Shown: positions 24,937 to 37,989 of the stretch, one piece after another | How the letters are laid out: each line of letters opens with the position of its first letter | How positions within the stretch are numbered: position 1 is the stretch's first letter | Assembly: GCF_018350175.1 (NCBI RefSeq) | Contig: NC_058368.1 | Coordinates: 150,848,001 to 150,912,000, forward strand | DNA length: 64,000 nucleotides | DNA from: Felis catus | Taxonomy: Eukaryota | Direction of reading: 5' to 3' | Notes under the pieces: generated by a model | Databases searched by the model: none | Told to the model about the DNA's origin: nothing | What the model saw: only the letters and a program-made list of their open reading frames with translations | Made by a program: the position numbers and the translations under genes

Positions 24937-27469
24937 AAAGTCTATTTTGTCCAATATAAGTTTTGCTACTCTGGCTTTTTTTTTCACATCCATTTGCATG
25001 ATAAATGCTTCTCCACTCCTTCACTTTCAATCTGCATATGTCTTTAGGTGTGAAATAAGTCTCTTGTAGGCAGCATATAGATGGGTCTTGTTTTCTATCC
25101 ATTCTATCACCCTATGTCTTTTGATTGGAGAGTTTGGTCCATTTACCTTCAAAGTAATCATTGATAGGTATGCATTTATTGTCATTTTGTTACTTGTTTT
25201 ATGGTTGTTTTTGTAGTTTTCCTCCATTCCTTTCTTCTTTTGCTCTCTTCTCTCAAGATTAGTTGACTTTCTTTAGTTACATACATGGATTTCTTTCTCT
25301 TTAATTTTGCATATGTATTACTGGTTTTTGATTTCTGGTGACTATTCAGTTTGCATATAACATCTTCTGCATATAGCAGTCTATATTAAGTTGATGGTTG
25401 CTTAAGATTGAACCCATTCTTTATTCCTCTCCTCTCCATGTTTTAGGAATATGGTACCATACTTTATATCCTTTTATTTTGTGAATCTGATTTTTACAGA
25501 TGTACTTGTTTTTACCGATTTTGTGCTTCCTACTTTCCTTACTCTTGCTTATGGTCTTTCCTTTCCACTCAAAGAATCCCCTTTAACTTTTCTTGTAAGG
25601 CTGATTTAGTGGTCATGAATTCCTTTAACTTATGTTTGTCTGGAAACTCATTATCCGTCCTTCTATTCTGAATGATAGCCTTGTTGGATAGAGTATTGGC
25701 TGCAGATTTTTTCCTTTCAGCATTTTGAATATATCATGCCACTCTCCTCTGGCCTGCGAAGTTTCTGCTAAAAAATCTGCTGATTCCCTTGTATGTAATT
25801 TCTTTCTTTTCTCTTGCTGTTGTAAAATTCCTCTCATCACTTTTTCCCATCTTAATTACTGTGTTTTAGTGTGGGCCTCTTTGGGTTGATTTTGTAGGAG
25901 GATCTCTGTGCTTCCTGATCTGGATTTGTGATTCTTTCCCCAGATTAGGGAAGATTTTAGCTAGTATTTCTTCAAATAAGTTTTCTGGCCCCCTTTCTCT
26001 CTCCTTTTCTTCTGAGATCCCTCTAATGAGAATATTATGCTTCATGGTGGCATTGAGTTCCCTAAGTCTATTCTCATTTTGCATAATTATTTTTTCACTC
26101 ATCTGCTCAGCCTGATTACTCTCCATTACTCTGTCCTCTAGCTCACTGATTCATTCTTCTGTTTCATCTTATCTACTATTTATTCCATCTAGTGTATTTT
26201 TAATTTCACGTATTGTGTTCTTCATCTCTGATTGGTTCTCTTTTATCTCATTGTTAAGGGTCTCACTGATGTCTTTCACCCTTTTCTCAAGTCCAGTAAA
26301 TATCTTTATAATCATTACTTTAAATTCTCTATCAGGCATATTATGTATCTCCATTTCACTTAGATCTCTTGCTGCAATTTTGTTCTTTTCTTTCTTTTGG
26401 GACATATTCCTCTGCTTCCTCATTTTGTCTAACTCTCTGTGTCTGTCTGTGTGTGTTAGGAAAGACAGATATATCTGCACTTGAAAGTAATGTCCTTATG
26501 AAGAAGAGGCCCTGTAGTGTCCTGCTGTGCAGTGTCTCCTGTTCATCAGAATCTGGCACTTGGTGTCTCCAATGTGTGATATATGCACCCTGCTCTTGTG
26601 GCTGAGCCACTTTTTTTCCTTTAGACCAGTCATTTGCAATGGCTCTTTGCTTGTGGTGGGCAATATTTGGTTCCAGTGGTGTCAGTGGGCCAATCTGGGC
26701 CACGTTGGGCTTGAGTTGAATCAGAACAGGCATTTGCCAGAATGCAGTAGCACCAAACCGCAGTGTACTTTTCCTGTGTTATCCCCTGAGAAGTTTTCAC
26801 TGGTGGGCAGGACCTGCTGTCAGACTAGTGTCTGCTTCCAGCCCACTGCTGGGGCCTCCATCTGACTGGTGTGTAGTTATCTTTCCTTCTTTGGGGGCAG
26901 GAATCACTTTGAAGTGGTGCTGGTCACTATAGCAGCTGCTTGCACACTGCCAGGCCTGTGACACTGCCCTGTATGTACTCTAGCCAAAGGTGTATTGGAG
27001 ATAGTGGATCTACAAAGCCCAGCATGGGGGCAGTAGGGTGGGGCAGCAGTGCTAGCTAGCTTTGAGTACAGCTGGTCCTCTGCAGGAGGGGTTCTGCAGC
27101 CCCCTGGACTGAGGCAGGCTGTTGGGAGGGGTGGATTGGTGGAAGCACAGTGTGAAAAGGCAGGGCAGCAGTGCTAGGAAGTTAGGTATTGGGTCCCGTA
27201 GGTGCCCATATGTTTGCCCTAGGGAGTGTGGGAGGGAAATGGCACCTGCCAGTCCCTTTGTTCCTGGAGGTCTCCAGCAACTTCTGTCCCCCTCCAGGAC
27301 TTGCTCTGAGATTAGTAAATAACCCTCCCTCCTGTATGCTCCAGCTGGCTTTCAAAGTCTGATTCTGTGCTGTATCTCTGATGGGCTATTTGTTGTACTG
27401 TCTCTTTAAGTATGGGGATTCAGTTTTCTCTTGCCCTTGTGGTTCTTCCAGAGCCTAGCCTGCCAATTG

Positions 27470-27500
<31 letters not shown>

Positions 27501-28420
27501 CCAGGTTTTAAGTACTGCTGGTTGTTAAGAATCTGTGAAATTCAGGCCCTCTGGTTTTCAAAACCATTCCTCTTCCTTCTTCTAAAAATTAATTCCATCA
27601 TATTCAATGCCCATTGTTAAACCTTTTAACTTAACTTTTAACTCTAAAAAAGGTACTTATTTAATCTACTTAATTATATTTTTAAGTTGTATTGCAACTT
27701 TTAAGCTATCCTATTCTAAATTTCTTTTATGTGCTTATAAACTAGTTCTTAGGCAAATGAAATATTTTTTGCATGTCTTATATCTCAGTTTGTGTCCTTG
27801 TATGTTTTATAAATGGATAGAATTTTTTGTGTGCATTCATTCACCTATCTACCATATACACCTTACCTCAGGCCCAATTTCCTTGACTTGAGGCTGTTAA
27901 CTATAAACAACAGCTCCAGTCCAACAACTGGGTCACTAGAGAGCTAGGGAATGAGAAGGGGGTGTCATTTATTCCCATCTCATTCTCAATATAATGCCTT
28001 GCTTACCTGATGGACAGCTTATTAGAAACAGTAATACCTCCAAAGTTTTATTTTGTCTTTAGAGATAATAAATTGTGCTTTTACTTAACTTGTAAAATTT
28101 TCATGACTAATGGGTATGCTTTTCTATCTGCCTGTAATATTTTGAGTCATTAGTTAAAAGTTATATAAACAAACTATTATGGTATGAAAAAGTTTGGACG
28201 TATAGAGGTGAGGTCTATTTAGAATACTAAAGATCAACCTTTTCTTTTCCTTTAGTCTATCTCCATCTTCATGAGGAGATAGTAATTCTGATAGCCCTCC
28301 AATCCACATACCCCCACCACCAGCAAAGGACCTGTGTACTGGAGGGCAATCACAGCACTTGGGAAAAATTTTGCTCAACTATTTACTAATTCTACCATTA
28401 CCTGGAGCAAATTGCCTAAC

Positions 28421-28842
28421 ACTTTTTTTTTTTAACTTTGACAAGTGTTATTTTATTATTTAATTTCTATTTTAGTTAGTTAATATACAGTGCAATTTTG
28501 GTTTCAGGAATAGAATTCACTGATTCATCACTCACATACAACACCCAGTGATCATCACAAGTGCCTTCCTTAATACCCATCTAGCCCCTCTCCCACCCAC
28601 CTCCCTCCATCAAACCTCAGTTTGTTCTTTGTTGTTAAGAGTCTCGCGTGGTTTGCTTCTCTTCCTTTTCTTTTTCTACCTCTTGCCATATGTTCATCTG
28701 TTTTGTTTCTTAAATTCCACATATGAGTGAAATCATATGGTATTTGTCTATCTCTGACTGAGTCATTTCACTTAGCATAATACATTCTAGCTTGTTGCAA
28801 AATGGCAAGGTTTCATTACTGTTGATGGCTGAGTAATAGTCC

Positions 28843-28884
<42 letters not shown>

Positions 28885-29950
28885 CCACATCTTTATCCAT
28901 TCATCAGTTGATGGACATTGGGCTCTCTCCATATTTGGCTATTGTTTGACAATGCTGCTATAAATATTGGGCACCATGTACCCCTTCAAATTTGTATTTT
29001 TGTATCCTTTGGGAAAATACCTAATACTGCAATTGCTGGATTGGAAGGAAGTTCTATTTGCAATTTTTTGAGGAACCTCCATACTGTTTTCCAGAGTGGC
29101 TGGACAAGTTTGCATTCCCAAACAGATGCAAGAGGGTTCCCCTTTCTCTGCATCCTCATCAACACCTGTTGTTTCTTGTGTTGATTTTAGCCATTCTGAC
29201 AGTTGTGAGGTGGTATCTCATCATGGTTTTAATTTGTATTTCCCTGATGATGAGTGATTTTGAGCATCTTTTCACGTGTCTGTTTGCCATCTAGATATCT
29301 TCTTTGGAAAAATGTCTATTCATGTCTTCTGCCCATTTCTTAACTAGGTTGCTTTTTTGGGGAGTGGTACTCAGTTTGGTAAGTTCTTTATAGATTTTGG
29401 CTACTCTTTATTAGATTTGTCATTTGCAAATATCTTCTCCCTTTCCATAGGCTGCCTTTTAGTTTTGTTGATTGTTTCTTTCACTATGCAGAAGCTTTTT
29501 ATCTTGATGAAGTCCCAATAGTTCATGTTTGCTTTTTTTCCCTTGTCTTCAGCTATGTGTCTGGTAAGAAGTTGCTGTGGCCACAGTCAAAGAGGTTGCT
29601 GCCTGTGTTCTCTTCTAGGATTTTGATGGCTTCCTGTCTCAGCCCTCAACAAGTGCAAAAAGACTGAGATCATACCATGCATTTTTTTTTTATCACAACA
29701 CTACAAAACTTGAAGTTAACCACAAGAAAAATTTGGACAGCCTTCAAATACGTGGAAGTTAAAGAACATCTTACTAAAGAATGAATGGGTTAATCAGGAA
29801 ATTAAAGAAAAAATTTTTAAAAATACATGGAAGCAATGAAAATGAAAACATGACAGTCCAAACCCTTTGGGCTGCAGCAAAGGCAGTCCTAAGAGGAAAC
29901 ATATATTGCAATTCAGGTCTATCTCAAGAAGCAAGAAAGTTTCCAAATAT
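28421..29950 (-). mobile_element. 5'-inverted, truncated L1: minus-strand 3' part 28421-29640 and inverted plus-strand part 29641-29950
   Basis: Minus-strand L1 3' UTR and ORF2 C-terminus switch abruptly at ~29640 to plus-strand sequence from early ORF2 (aatgaatgggttaatcaggaaattaaaga, ctttgggctgcagcaaaggcagtcctaagagg). TSD gcaaa(t/c)tgcctaac at 28407-28420 and 29951-29964. Confidence 0.9.
28845..28881 (+). repeat. (TG)n within L1
   Basis: Read directly. Confidence 0.97.
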
Positions 29951-30289
29951 GCAAACTGCCTAACTTTTAACCTCAGCTTCTTCATGTGATAAATGATTTC
30001 TCTCTTAGTGTTATTTTGAAGGTTAAATAAGATAATAACCATAGAGAGCCTTAATGCTATGTTTCCATACAAACTGATCTGAAATCTCATATTAAAGGCA
30101 GTGTAACAAGTTACCATCAAGATCTTTTAAAATAATAATCAGAAGTTAAATTCAATGCTTAAAACAACCAGAACAAAACACCTAGTGTGTGTTTAGAATC
30201 TATACTCACATGTCTACTACTTAATTTCCATTAAGTTGAACTTTTTCCCACCCTTTTTGCTTCTTTTCCTCCAAATCCTAGAAAAAGTG

Positions 30290-30560
30290 TTTACAAATTG
30301 TCACTACCTATTGCTGGGTAATGAAATAAAGGTAGTGGGTTCTAACTAGCATTTTTAAATGAAATAAATACAACAGGACAGACGTGAAACAGGCAAAACA
30401 CATCACATTTCTTAGGAAGACCTGTGTAAATTTCAGTAAATGGGTCATGACATAAAATGTATTTCTTAATACATATGTATTATATTAAGAAATACATGTT
30501 ATGTATGTATATGTAAGTATATATGTATATTTGTATGTATATATGTATATATTTGTATGT

Positions 30561-30592
<32 letters not shown>

Positions 30593-30795
30593 GTATACCT
30601 ATATATATGTTATCTTAGAAAGAGAGAGAGAGAGAATCTTAAGCAAGTTCCATGCTCAGCACAGAGCCCAATGTGGGGCTCAATCCCATGACCCTGGGAT
30701 TGTGACCTGAGCTGAAATCAAGAGTCAGATGCTTAACCAACTGAGCCACACAGGCTCCCTGCTTACTGTATGTTTTTCAAAAGTCTGTAAAATAC
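30290..30795. mobile_element. Probable hAT-Charlie-type MER split by the SINE
   Basis: tgggtcatgacataaaatgtatttctta...[SINE]...cttactgtatgtttttcaaaagtctg resembles Charlie-family ends. Confidence 0.4.
30498..30760 (-). mobile_element. Can-SINE with a TA/TG-rich microsatellite on its tail side
   Basis: SINE body 30615-30760; low-complexity (ta/tgta)n at 30498-30610. Confidence 0.88.
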
Positions 30796-33478
30796 TACTC
30801 TACAACAAGCCCAAATGAAATCTGAACACATTTCCTACTATCAAATACATCTCACTTTATTTCATCACGTCTTTAATTGAGAATAAAATATAAAACGTTT
30901 TAGTCATCTAGCAAGCTAAGTTTTTTGTTAGTAACTCTTCAATATCATTATTCTTTAGAATTTTTCTTGCACAACTGGTATCTCAAGTAAAGCAAGTGTA
31001 CGTGATATAGCAGAAGTTGTCTGCAGTACACTTCAAGTTACTGCTGCTTACAGAAAGTTCAGTGGTGCTACACAGACAGTGCCATGGCACTGAGCAAATG
31101 GTGGATCCAGTTAGATTTACACTCCTCAAAGGAGGGACTGCTCTCATTTAGGTGGCTTTAAAATATCTACATCCCACCAGAGGAGAGAAAACAACTGTCA
31201 CAAAGACCAGAGGAACAGAGACTCTGTGTGTAGCAAAGGGAGTCCTGAGGCAATAAAACCTTTCTGGTGGTGCCTGCCCATCTGGGACAGGGCACCAACC
31301 CAGGGGCCACACATTGGGCCAGCAGAGCAACAATGCCCTGAAAGACATGTAACTAGAGACAGATCACAGAATCATTATATAACCTTTATAGATCATTTAC
31401 ATTATCGTTCACAATCAATCATACATTCTCCTTCTAGGATTTAGTCATTTTCAAGGAATCAAAAATGCCATTTTTGTAATGAATCTCCCTGTACACGGGG
31501 AATGGCTCATCCTACATGGATTAAAGCAGAATTCTGACACCCAATGTGGACTGAGATTAGCAACTCCCTTTCAAATCCTGTCTCAATGAGGCTAATGCCC
31601 ATGTGGCTGTGCTACCCATTGAGCACACATACAAAGGTGCCACCAGACAAGAAGCCTTTCTGGCTCATCATTGCACCACACGATGCCATGAAGGAAGTCA
31701 CAGGCTATAACAAATTTCATACCCTATTACTTGCATTTTCTGCACAAGGATTTCACTCGGTGACATCACTAGATACCAGTGAACTTGAAATTTGTGTGAC
31801 ATTTTTGCAGGTGTTGCTTTTCACCAAAAACGTTATTTTACATAGTTTTGCCACAGTGCAGTGCTTTAGGTCTAGAACTAAACCTCAGGAAATCTAATGA
31901 GGTTGAAAAGAAAAGTGAAAGTGAACGGCCACTGCTCTAACAAAGGCTCGTCTTCCCTCAGGCTGTAAAGAGTCAGTAACTGAGTTCAGTAACTGAAAAT
32001 TAAATTAGAGGAAAATGCCACCTCTGCAGCTACTGCTACCTTTAGCATTAACAGTAATATAGAATGGGGCGGGAGTGGGGGTTCTGCTGAATAGAGTCAT
32101 CAGGAAACTTTCAGAGCCTCAAAATGGTATGGAAATCTGCTCTTACACCATGTTACAGGCTTCCATTGGATTATGTTTTGCTGTCTCTCTATCCTCCTTT
32201 TCCCTCATACCCATATCCTTGTGATCTATTTCCTCTTCTCTTCTTTCTGATCATTTTTTGCTGTTACTCAGTCTTAATTTCCACCTTCCCCTCTCCCCTA
32301 CTTCCTCATTTATTTTCTCAACAATTTGGTTGTTTTCCCTCCCCTCCCATATTTACGTCTAAACAAGAATAATTTAACCAACAAGGTTCTTGTGATTTGC
32401 CCTGTTCAGAATCTGAGAGAAAACAGCTAAGGAATCTTCAGTGCTGGGAAGGCATAAGGCTTTTGACTTTATCTGGTAATATCAAATGAACAGGAACCAC
32501 TTTCTCGGGATGGTATTATCAGGTTAAGTGATAAGGGTAAGCAGGAAGAACTCATGAGCTGTGGCCCATATTTTTTTAAAAGGCAACGGCAGGGGTAAAG
32601 AAAGGAAAACAAATTAGGCCTTATCAGGATCCTTCCCATTCTTCAAATAAACATCTCTAAAAAACAATCAAGCAAGGTTGTCAATTTGGCCAAAAATCAG
32701 CGATACTTTAGTGTAATAAGATCGCACAGCCACTCCTTTACTTCCAAACAAATTACTAAAGAACCTAACTATATTATATAGCAATAGAGAAATAAAGGCT
32801 ATTTTATCATAATTTGATTATGCTACAAAGCACTGTGCATAGCAATTCATGGATCTAATTTTAGTTGTAATAATCTCTTGCCCTGTTATGTAAATGGGAA
32901 AAGACTTTCTACAGGCTTCAGATGGAGATAAGCTTCGGATCGAAAGCATGCAAAAGCCATGGTTCAATTACTCTAAAGTGATCTGCATCATATGTTACAG
33001 TACATCTTTCTGCCTTTGCACAAAAGCTAGTATCTGCTGCAAATTAACCACCCTTTTCTAAATGCCTACAGATGCCCTCTGAGAGTTTACAGATTCAAAT
33101 TAAACCCAAGTCCCACAACTACAAAATAATAGGGGGCATTTAAAATTTTCTCAAAATACTTCCTCCTTTCGTGACTTCCCCCCATTTTTACCCTTACTTT
33201 TCAAGAAAAGACATGTTCAACTTTACAGCAAGTACACCTCAGGTCTCACTTCCAGTTCTGTGGGCCCATCCAGTCTGCAAAAAGATTAATCCCCAGAACT
33301 GTTCCATTCCACTTACATCTCTGCCGGCCATAGAGATTCAAGTTCTGGCCCCTGAGCAAACCTGACTCTAACTCAACTTTGCACCCTGGAATGCAAGAAT
33401 CTTAAAAGAAAGAGGGAGAACACTGCACCCATCCTTATTCCTCAGGGCTCTTCATCTGCTCTTTAAAATGCAATTTAT

Positions 33479-33699
33479 GGGGCGCCTGGGTGGCACAGTT
33501 GGTTAAGCGTCCAACTTCAGCCAGGTCACGATCTCGCGGTCCGTGAGTTCGAGCCCCGTGTCGGGCTCTGGGCTGATGGCTCAGAGCCTGGAGCCTGTTT
33601 CCGATTCTGTGTCTCCCTCTCTCTCTGCCCCTCCCCCATTCATGCTCTGTCTCTCTCTGTCCCAAAAATAAATAAAAACATTGAAAAAAAAATTTTTTT
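33479..33699 (+). mobile_element. Young feline-type Can-SINE
   Basis: TSD aaatgcaatttat at 33466-33478 and 33700-33712. Confidence 0.95.
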
Positions 33700-34821
33700 A
33701 AATGCAATTTATAATAATCCAAAATTTAGCTACCCTCAGGAGAGTCAGGGTCTTAGAGACAGCTGGAACCTCCCATGAAACTAGCAGGTTTCTCCCTTCA
33801 CTGGCCCTTTTCTTTCCTCTCCCTGTGGTGTCACTTTATTGGCTCTTACTGCAGACTTTCTTGCACACTATGGAAGACATGGTGTGGACCACTATCAACC
33901 CTTCTCTCACGGCTTTACCACGTGGGAAGGCATGGCGATGCAGGCATAATATCCTGAGGGAGGACCCTCCTCTTCCTGCTCAAGTCAGATGCTCTCTTCC
34001 CATGGGTCCTCCCTCAACCATGGTGGGGAAAGTTGTTTTGCAATTAGTGGTCCTCACTAAGACTGATCCAAGTGGGATTACAACGTTATTTCCACTCTGC
34101 ATGAACAGTGGCTTTCTCGGTTTTCATAAAGCCTGAAAGAGAAGAAAAACAATGAAGAGTTAAATATCAGTGTTTGATGCCTATTCAGTTATAAACTTAC
34201 TGTTATTTCCAAAATTATCACTTTGTTCCAGTATTCCATACCTTTTGTTGTTACAGGGGAAAAAAATATTTGTGTCTGTATAAATATATGTATATATACA
34301 TAACCTTTTCAATAGTGACTTTCATTGTTCAAGAGATTAAATATTTCTAGAGAGTGGCCAGCCTGGGACATAATGCCTACTGTTGATTAAATTGGAACTG
34401 TTATATCTAAGCAATACATGAGAGAATACAGAATACCTATTGCATAGGTTTTGTATTATTTTTTGAATTTGTAGATCTGTTACTTCTTTAAGATCTCTCT
34501 GCACCCAGATTTCCCTACCCATTTCACTCCCACCTCAAAATGTGTAATAATGGACAATACCAAACCTTTGCTAAATTCTCTGTATTTTTTCTTTCATTTC
34601 TTGATATATTAGAATTAATCACAAAATTGAAATCTAAAACATGGAATATGTGGAGATGCTTGGTAAACTGTAAGGTAACATGCAAAAATAAGGTAAAAAT
34701 ATGGTACTGTACCAACCCAGAGAAAGCAGAGAAACAAAAGCAGCATATGTTTTTATATACATTTTATATTTGGTATAATTATAAATATATAAATGCATAC
34801 ATATATACATATTTGTACAGA

Positions 34822-34849
<28 letters not shown>

Positions 34850-34856
<7 letters not shown>

Positions 34857-35755
34857 ATTACAGGGAATTCCAGACTAAGCAATCTCTGCAAGGTTGTCTC
34901 TACATCAAATGCTAGAGCCCAAAGTACACAGGCAGGCAGGAATGAAGATTACAAAGAGGCTCAAACCCAACAGGTATAGACTAAAACATCTATTCTTGCT
35001 GCCTCTGACCTTGGTGACAAGGGTATTGTGCAGAATCAGGGGCCTTAACCATGGAGCTAAACATATGCTGACTCAGAAGTCAGAGAAACTGAAGGAAGAT
35101 CACAGGAAAGGGAAGGCATTTGTAGGCCAGCTGCTGCTTCATTCCAACCAAGTAAATGTGTAACCATCTTACAGGTTTCCTTCCTATCTGCTACCTGGAG
35201 CCTCTGCACGTCAAGGATGGCGTAGCCCCTCTTTAAACTTGCACCAGATTAGGGGCGCCTGGGTGGCGCAGTCGGTTAAGCGTCCGACTTCAGCCAGGTC
35301 ACAATCTCGCGGTCCGTGAGTTCGAGCCCCGCGTCAGGCTCTGGGCTGATGGCTCAGAGCCTGGAGCCTGTTTCTGATTCTGTGTCTCCCTCTCTCTCTG
35401 CCCCTCCCCTGTTCATGCTCTGCCTCTCTCTGTCCCAAAAATAAATAAACGTTGAAAAAAAATTAAAAAAATAAATAAACTTGCACCAGATTAAGTCAGT
35501 ACCACCCAGGGTATTCTCCCTTTTGATTAACTCAAAATCAACTGACTTGGGGCTTTAATTACATCTGGAAACTCCTTCAACACACACCAAAATTAGTATT
35601 TGGCAGAATACCTGCAAGAAGATGTGTACATGCTACAAAATGGCTGCTGCCTTTCTTGCGCTCTCCAAGTCATGTGAAACAATCTTCCTCGAAGCCCTCA
35701 TGAACCAGAAGCAAACTCAAAAGGGGAATTCTGAGAAGGGAGTTCAACCAAGACG
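34850..35755. mobile_element. ERVL-class LTR remnant (MLT2-like segment), split by a SINE
   Basis: ccagattaagtcag...ccacccagggtattctcccttttgattaactcaaaatcaactga...ctttaattacatctg. Confidence 0.55.
35252..35475 (+). mobile_element. Young feline-type Can-SINE
   Basis: TSD taaacttgcaccagatta at 35234-35251 and 35476-35493. Confidence 0.96.
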
Positions 35756-37358
35756 ACACATCACATAGCCATTCCATGATCAATAAAAATAATCTCTATT
35801 CTAGAAGACAAATATAAGCAGCCTACTATACAAAGGCCAAAGATGACACAGGAAGTCATTCTCTGTTCTTGATTTTCCCTCCTGCCCACCACTGGACCCA
35901 ACCTCATGCACCCATTCTTCCTGATAAGCGGCACATTTCCGTGGTTACTTGGTCCCAGGTGGAATGAGTACACAGGGAGAGGCCTTGCTCTTCCTCTCCC
36001 TGCTCCCAGCCTAGCCTGACCACTACCTCATTAGAAATGCAGTCCCCCAGTTATGACCTAGTTGTGAACATAAAATATCACCACGTCACTACATTTTGCT
36101 TTCATTTTAGACAAGGTATGCTTTTTATTCCTCCTTTAGAAGTCAGCCTACATTCTTGCAGCACCTTTCTCACCTTAGGTATGGCTTTGAGGAACAGGTT
36201 AAATGTGTATTTTTAAACACATTCTCTTCCAGCGTTTCTTTCTTCACTCTTCTGAACCGTTAGGAGTATACAGGTCACAGCACAGTAAGGATGGCGCTAT
36301 TTGAGTAGTTTGTTTTCAGTGCAGTCACAAAATAAATTCCTTAACTAGACTTTTGAGTATATCTTGGTAATTCATGGTTACTAGTGGAAGAAACTTTTGA
36401 CACTCTAGGTTCCTTGGATCTTGACTAAAATGAAGTTTGATTTATTGTCCATTATCTCTCTAGTACTGAAGGTCATTCTCACAAACTATAGCTTCAAGCC
36501 TTTGTCAAATAGCTCCCAAACCTGTACCTGAGGAGACAACAGAGGCTTCATTCAGTACCTCCACATCGTCAACCCTCTTGCCAGACCCACTGTTATGCTG
36601 CTTCTCCTTTCCGTAATAAACTCCCATTCTGTCCACAGTGGCAAAGCCTCTGCCATACAGCCTTGTCCCAATATCCCGCGTCTCCCTCCTGCTGCTCCAA
36701 TTCCCTGCTTGGTTCTCTGCTTTAATCCTGGCACCTCCAAAACTAGTAGTTGGATGCATTCCTCACACTAGGTCTCCCAAGGGTTGTCCACAACCTCTGA
36801 GTGCCAGTAGCTGTGAATGGGTGTCCACTACTTATGGCTGGATCTCCTGGAAGAAGCCTTCATTCTGATGGATCAGCCTTCATCAGGCTGATGGCCTGAA
36901 TCCCTTTGCTTTGCCACAAGGAGTCATCAAATAGCCCTTGTCCTCTCCCTTCCCCAATACCCTATTCCAGTCACCTGCTGACATATACATTTCTTGCCTC
37001 CTTATGGGTCAGCCTCATACTGACTGCCCCTAACTGGCCCAAATGCCTCTGAATAACTACTGCCAGCACTTCTCTTGTGAGTTTAGCCTAAGGCCATTTA
37101 GGTTCTCACTCCTACACCCTACCAGGCAGGTCCATTTTATCACGGATCAAACCATTGTGGTTGGTAATTATGAACGTGTGATTTTTTTTTTCACAGAGAT
37201 GCAAAAGTCATGCAAAAGCCAAAGTATATCAAGAACAAATTTCACAAATCATAATGTTTTTGTGTTGACAAAATAATTAGACACAGAGTTCAAGAAAGCC
37301 TCAATAAAGAAATTATTGGTGTTGGTTAGAATAAAGTTTACAGTTAGTACAGAAAGGC

Positions 37359-37506
<148 letters not shown>

Positions 37507-37744
37507 CATTAAGAAACACACAGTTTTGAGCCAGGAAGTGTGCTAAACATAGGGGATACAAGATGAATTTGTGCATCTATAATATACATGGTATTTATAT
37601 ATCTATAATATACTGGTCCTTTGAGTTTTTACATTGTAGAGATTGAGACAAATGAAAAATAATTATAGCTCACAATGAGAGCCTACAGAAATGAAAGTGC
37701 TTGACTTTGTCCAGAAATGTTGAAGACACTTTTTTTATAAGACA

Positions 37745-37989
37745 GATTTTTTTTTAATTTTTAAATGTTTACTTATTTATTTTTGAGGGAGAGAGAGAGA
37801 GAGAGAAGGAGAGAGTACAAGCTGGGGAAGGGCAGAGAGGGAGAGAGGGGGGGAGAGAATCCCATGCAGGCTCTGCGCTGTCAGTATAGGGCCCAATGTG
37901 GGGCTCAGACTCACAAATTGAATCTTGAGACCATGACCTGAGCCGAAATCAGGTCAGATACTTAACCAACTTAGTCACCCAGGTGCCCC
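37745..37989 (-). mobile_element. Can-SINE
   Basis: gagagaatcccatgcaggctctgcgctgtcag...catgacctgagccgaaatc...cacccaggtgcccc. Confidence 0.92.

Larger units (their letters stand above)
19363..27566 (-). mobile_element. Degraded near-full-length LINE-1 (carnivore/L1MA-type) with 3' UTR, ORF2, ORF1 and part of the 5' UTR; host to nested insertions
   Basis: ORF2 fragments in the ORF track ([89 protein letters not shown]). ORF1 fragments at 25625-26480 (MRKQRNMSQKKE...EIHNMPDREFKVMIIK). 3' UTR end at 19363-19489 resumes at 20947. Many stops and frameshifts. Confidence 0.95.

Noticed and set aside
29641..29950. Idea that this piece was relocated from the deleted part of the upstream L1 (gap at ~24520)
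   Set aside because: It maps to a similar ORF2 region, but it lies inside the second L1's TSD with twin-priming geometry, so coincidence is simpler.
33702..34136. 144-aa ORF
   Set aside because: No recognisable homology or splice structure; starts in a SINE TSD; length is compatible with chance.
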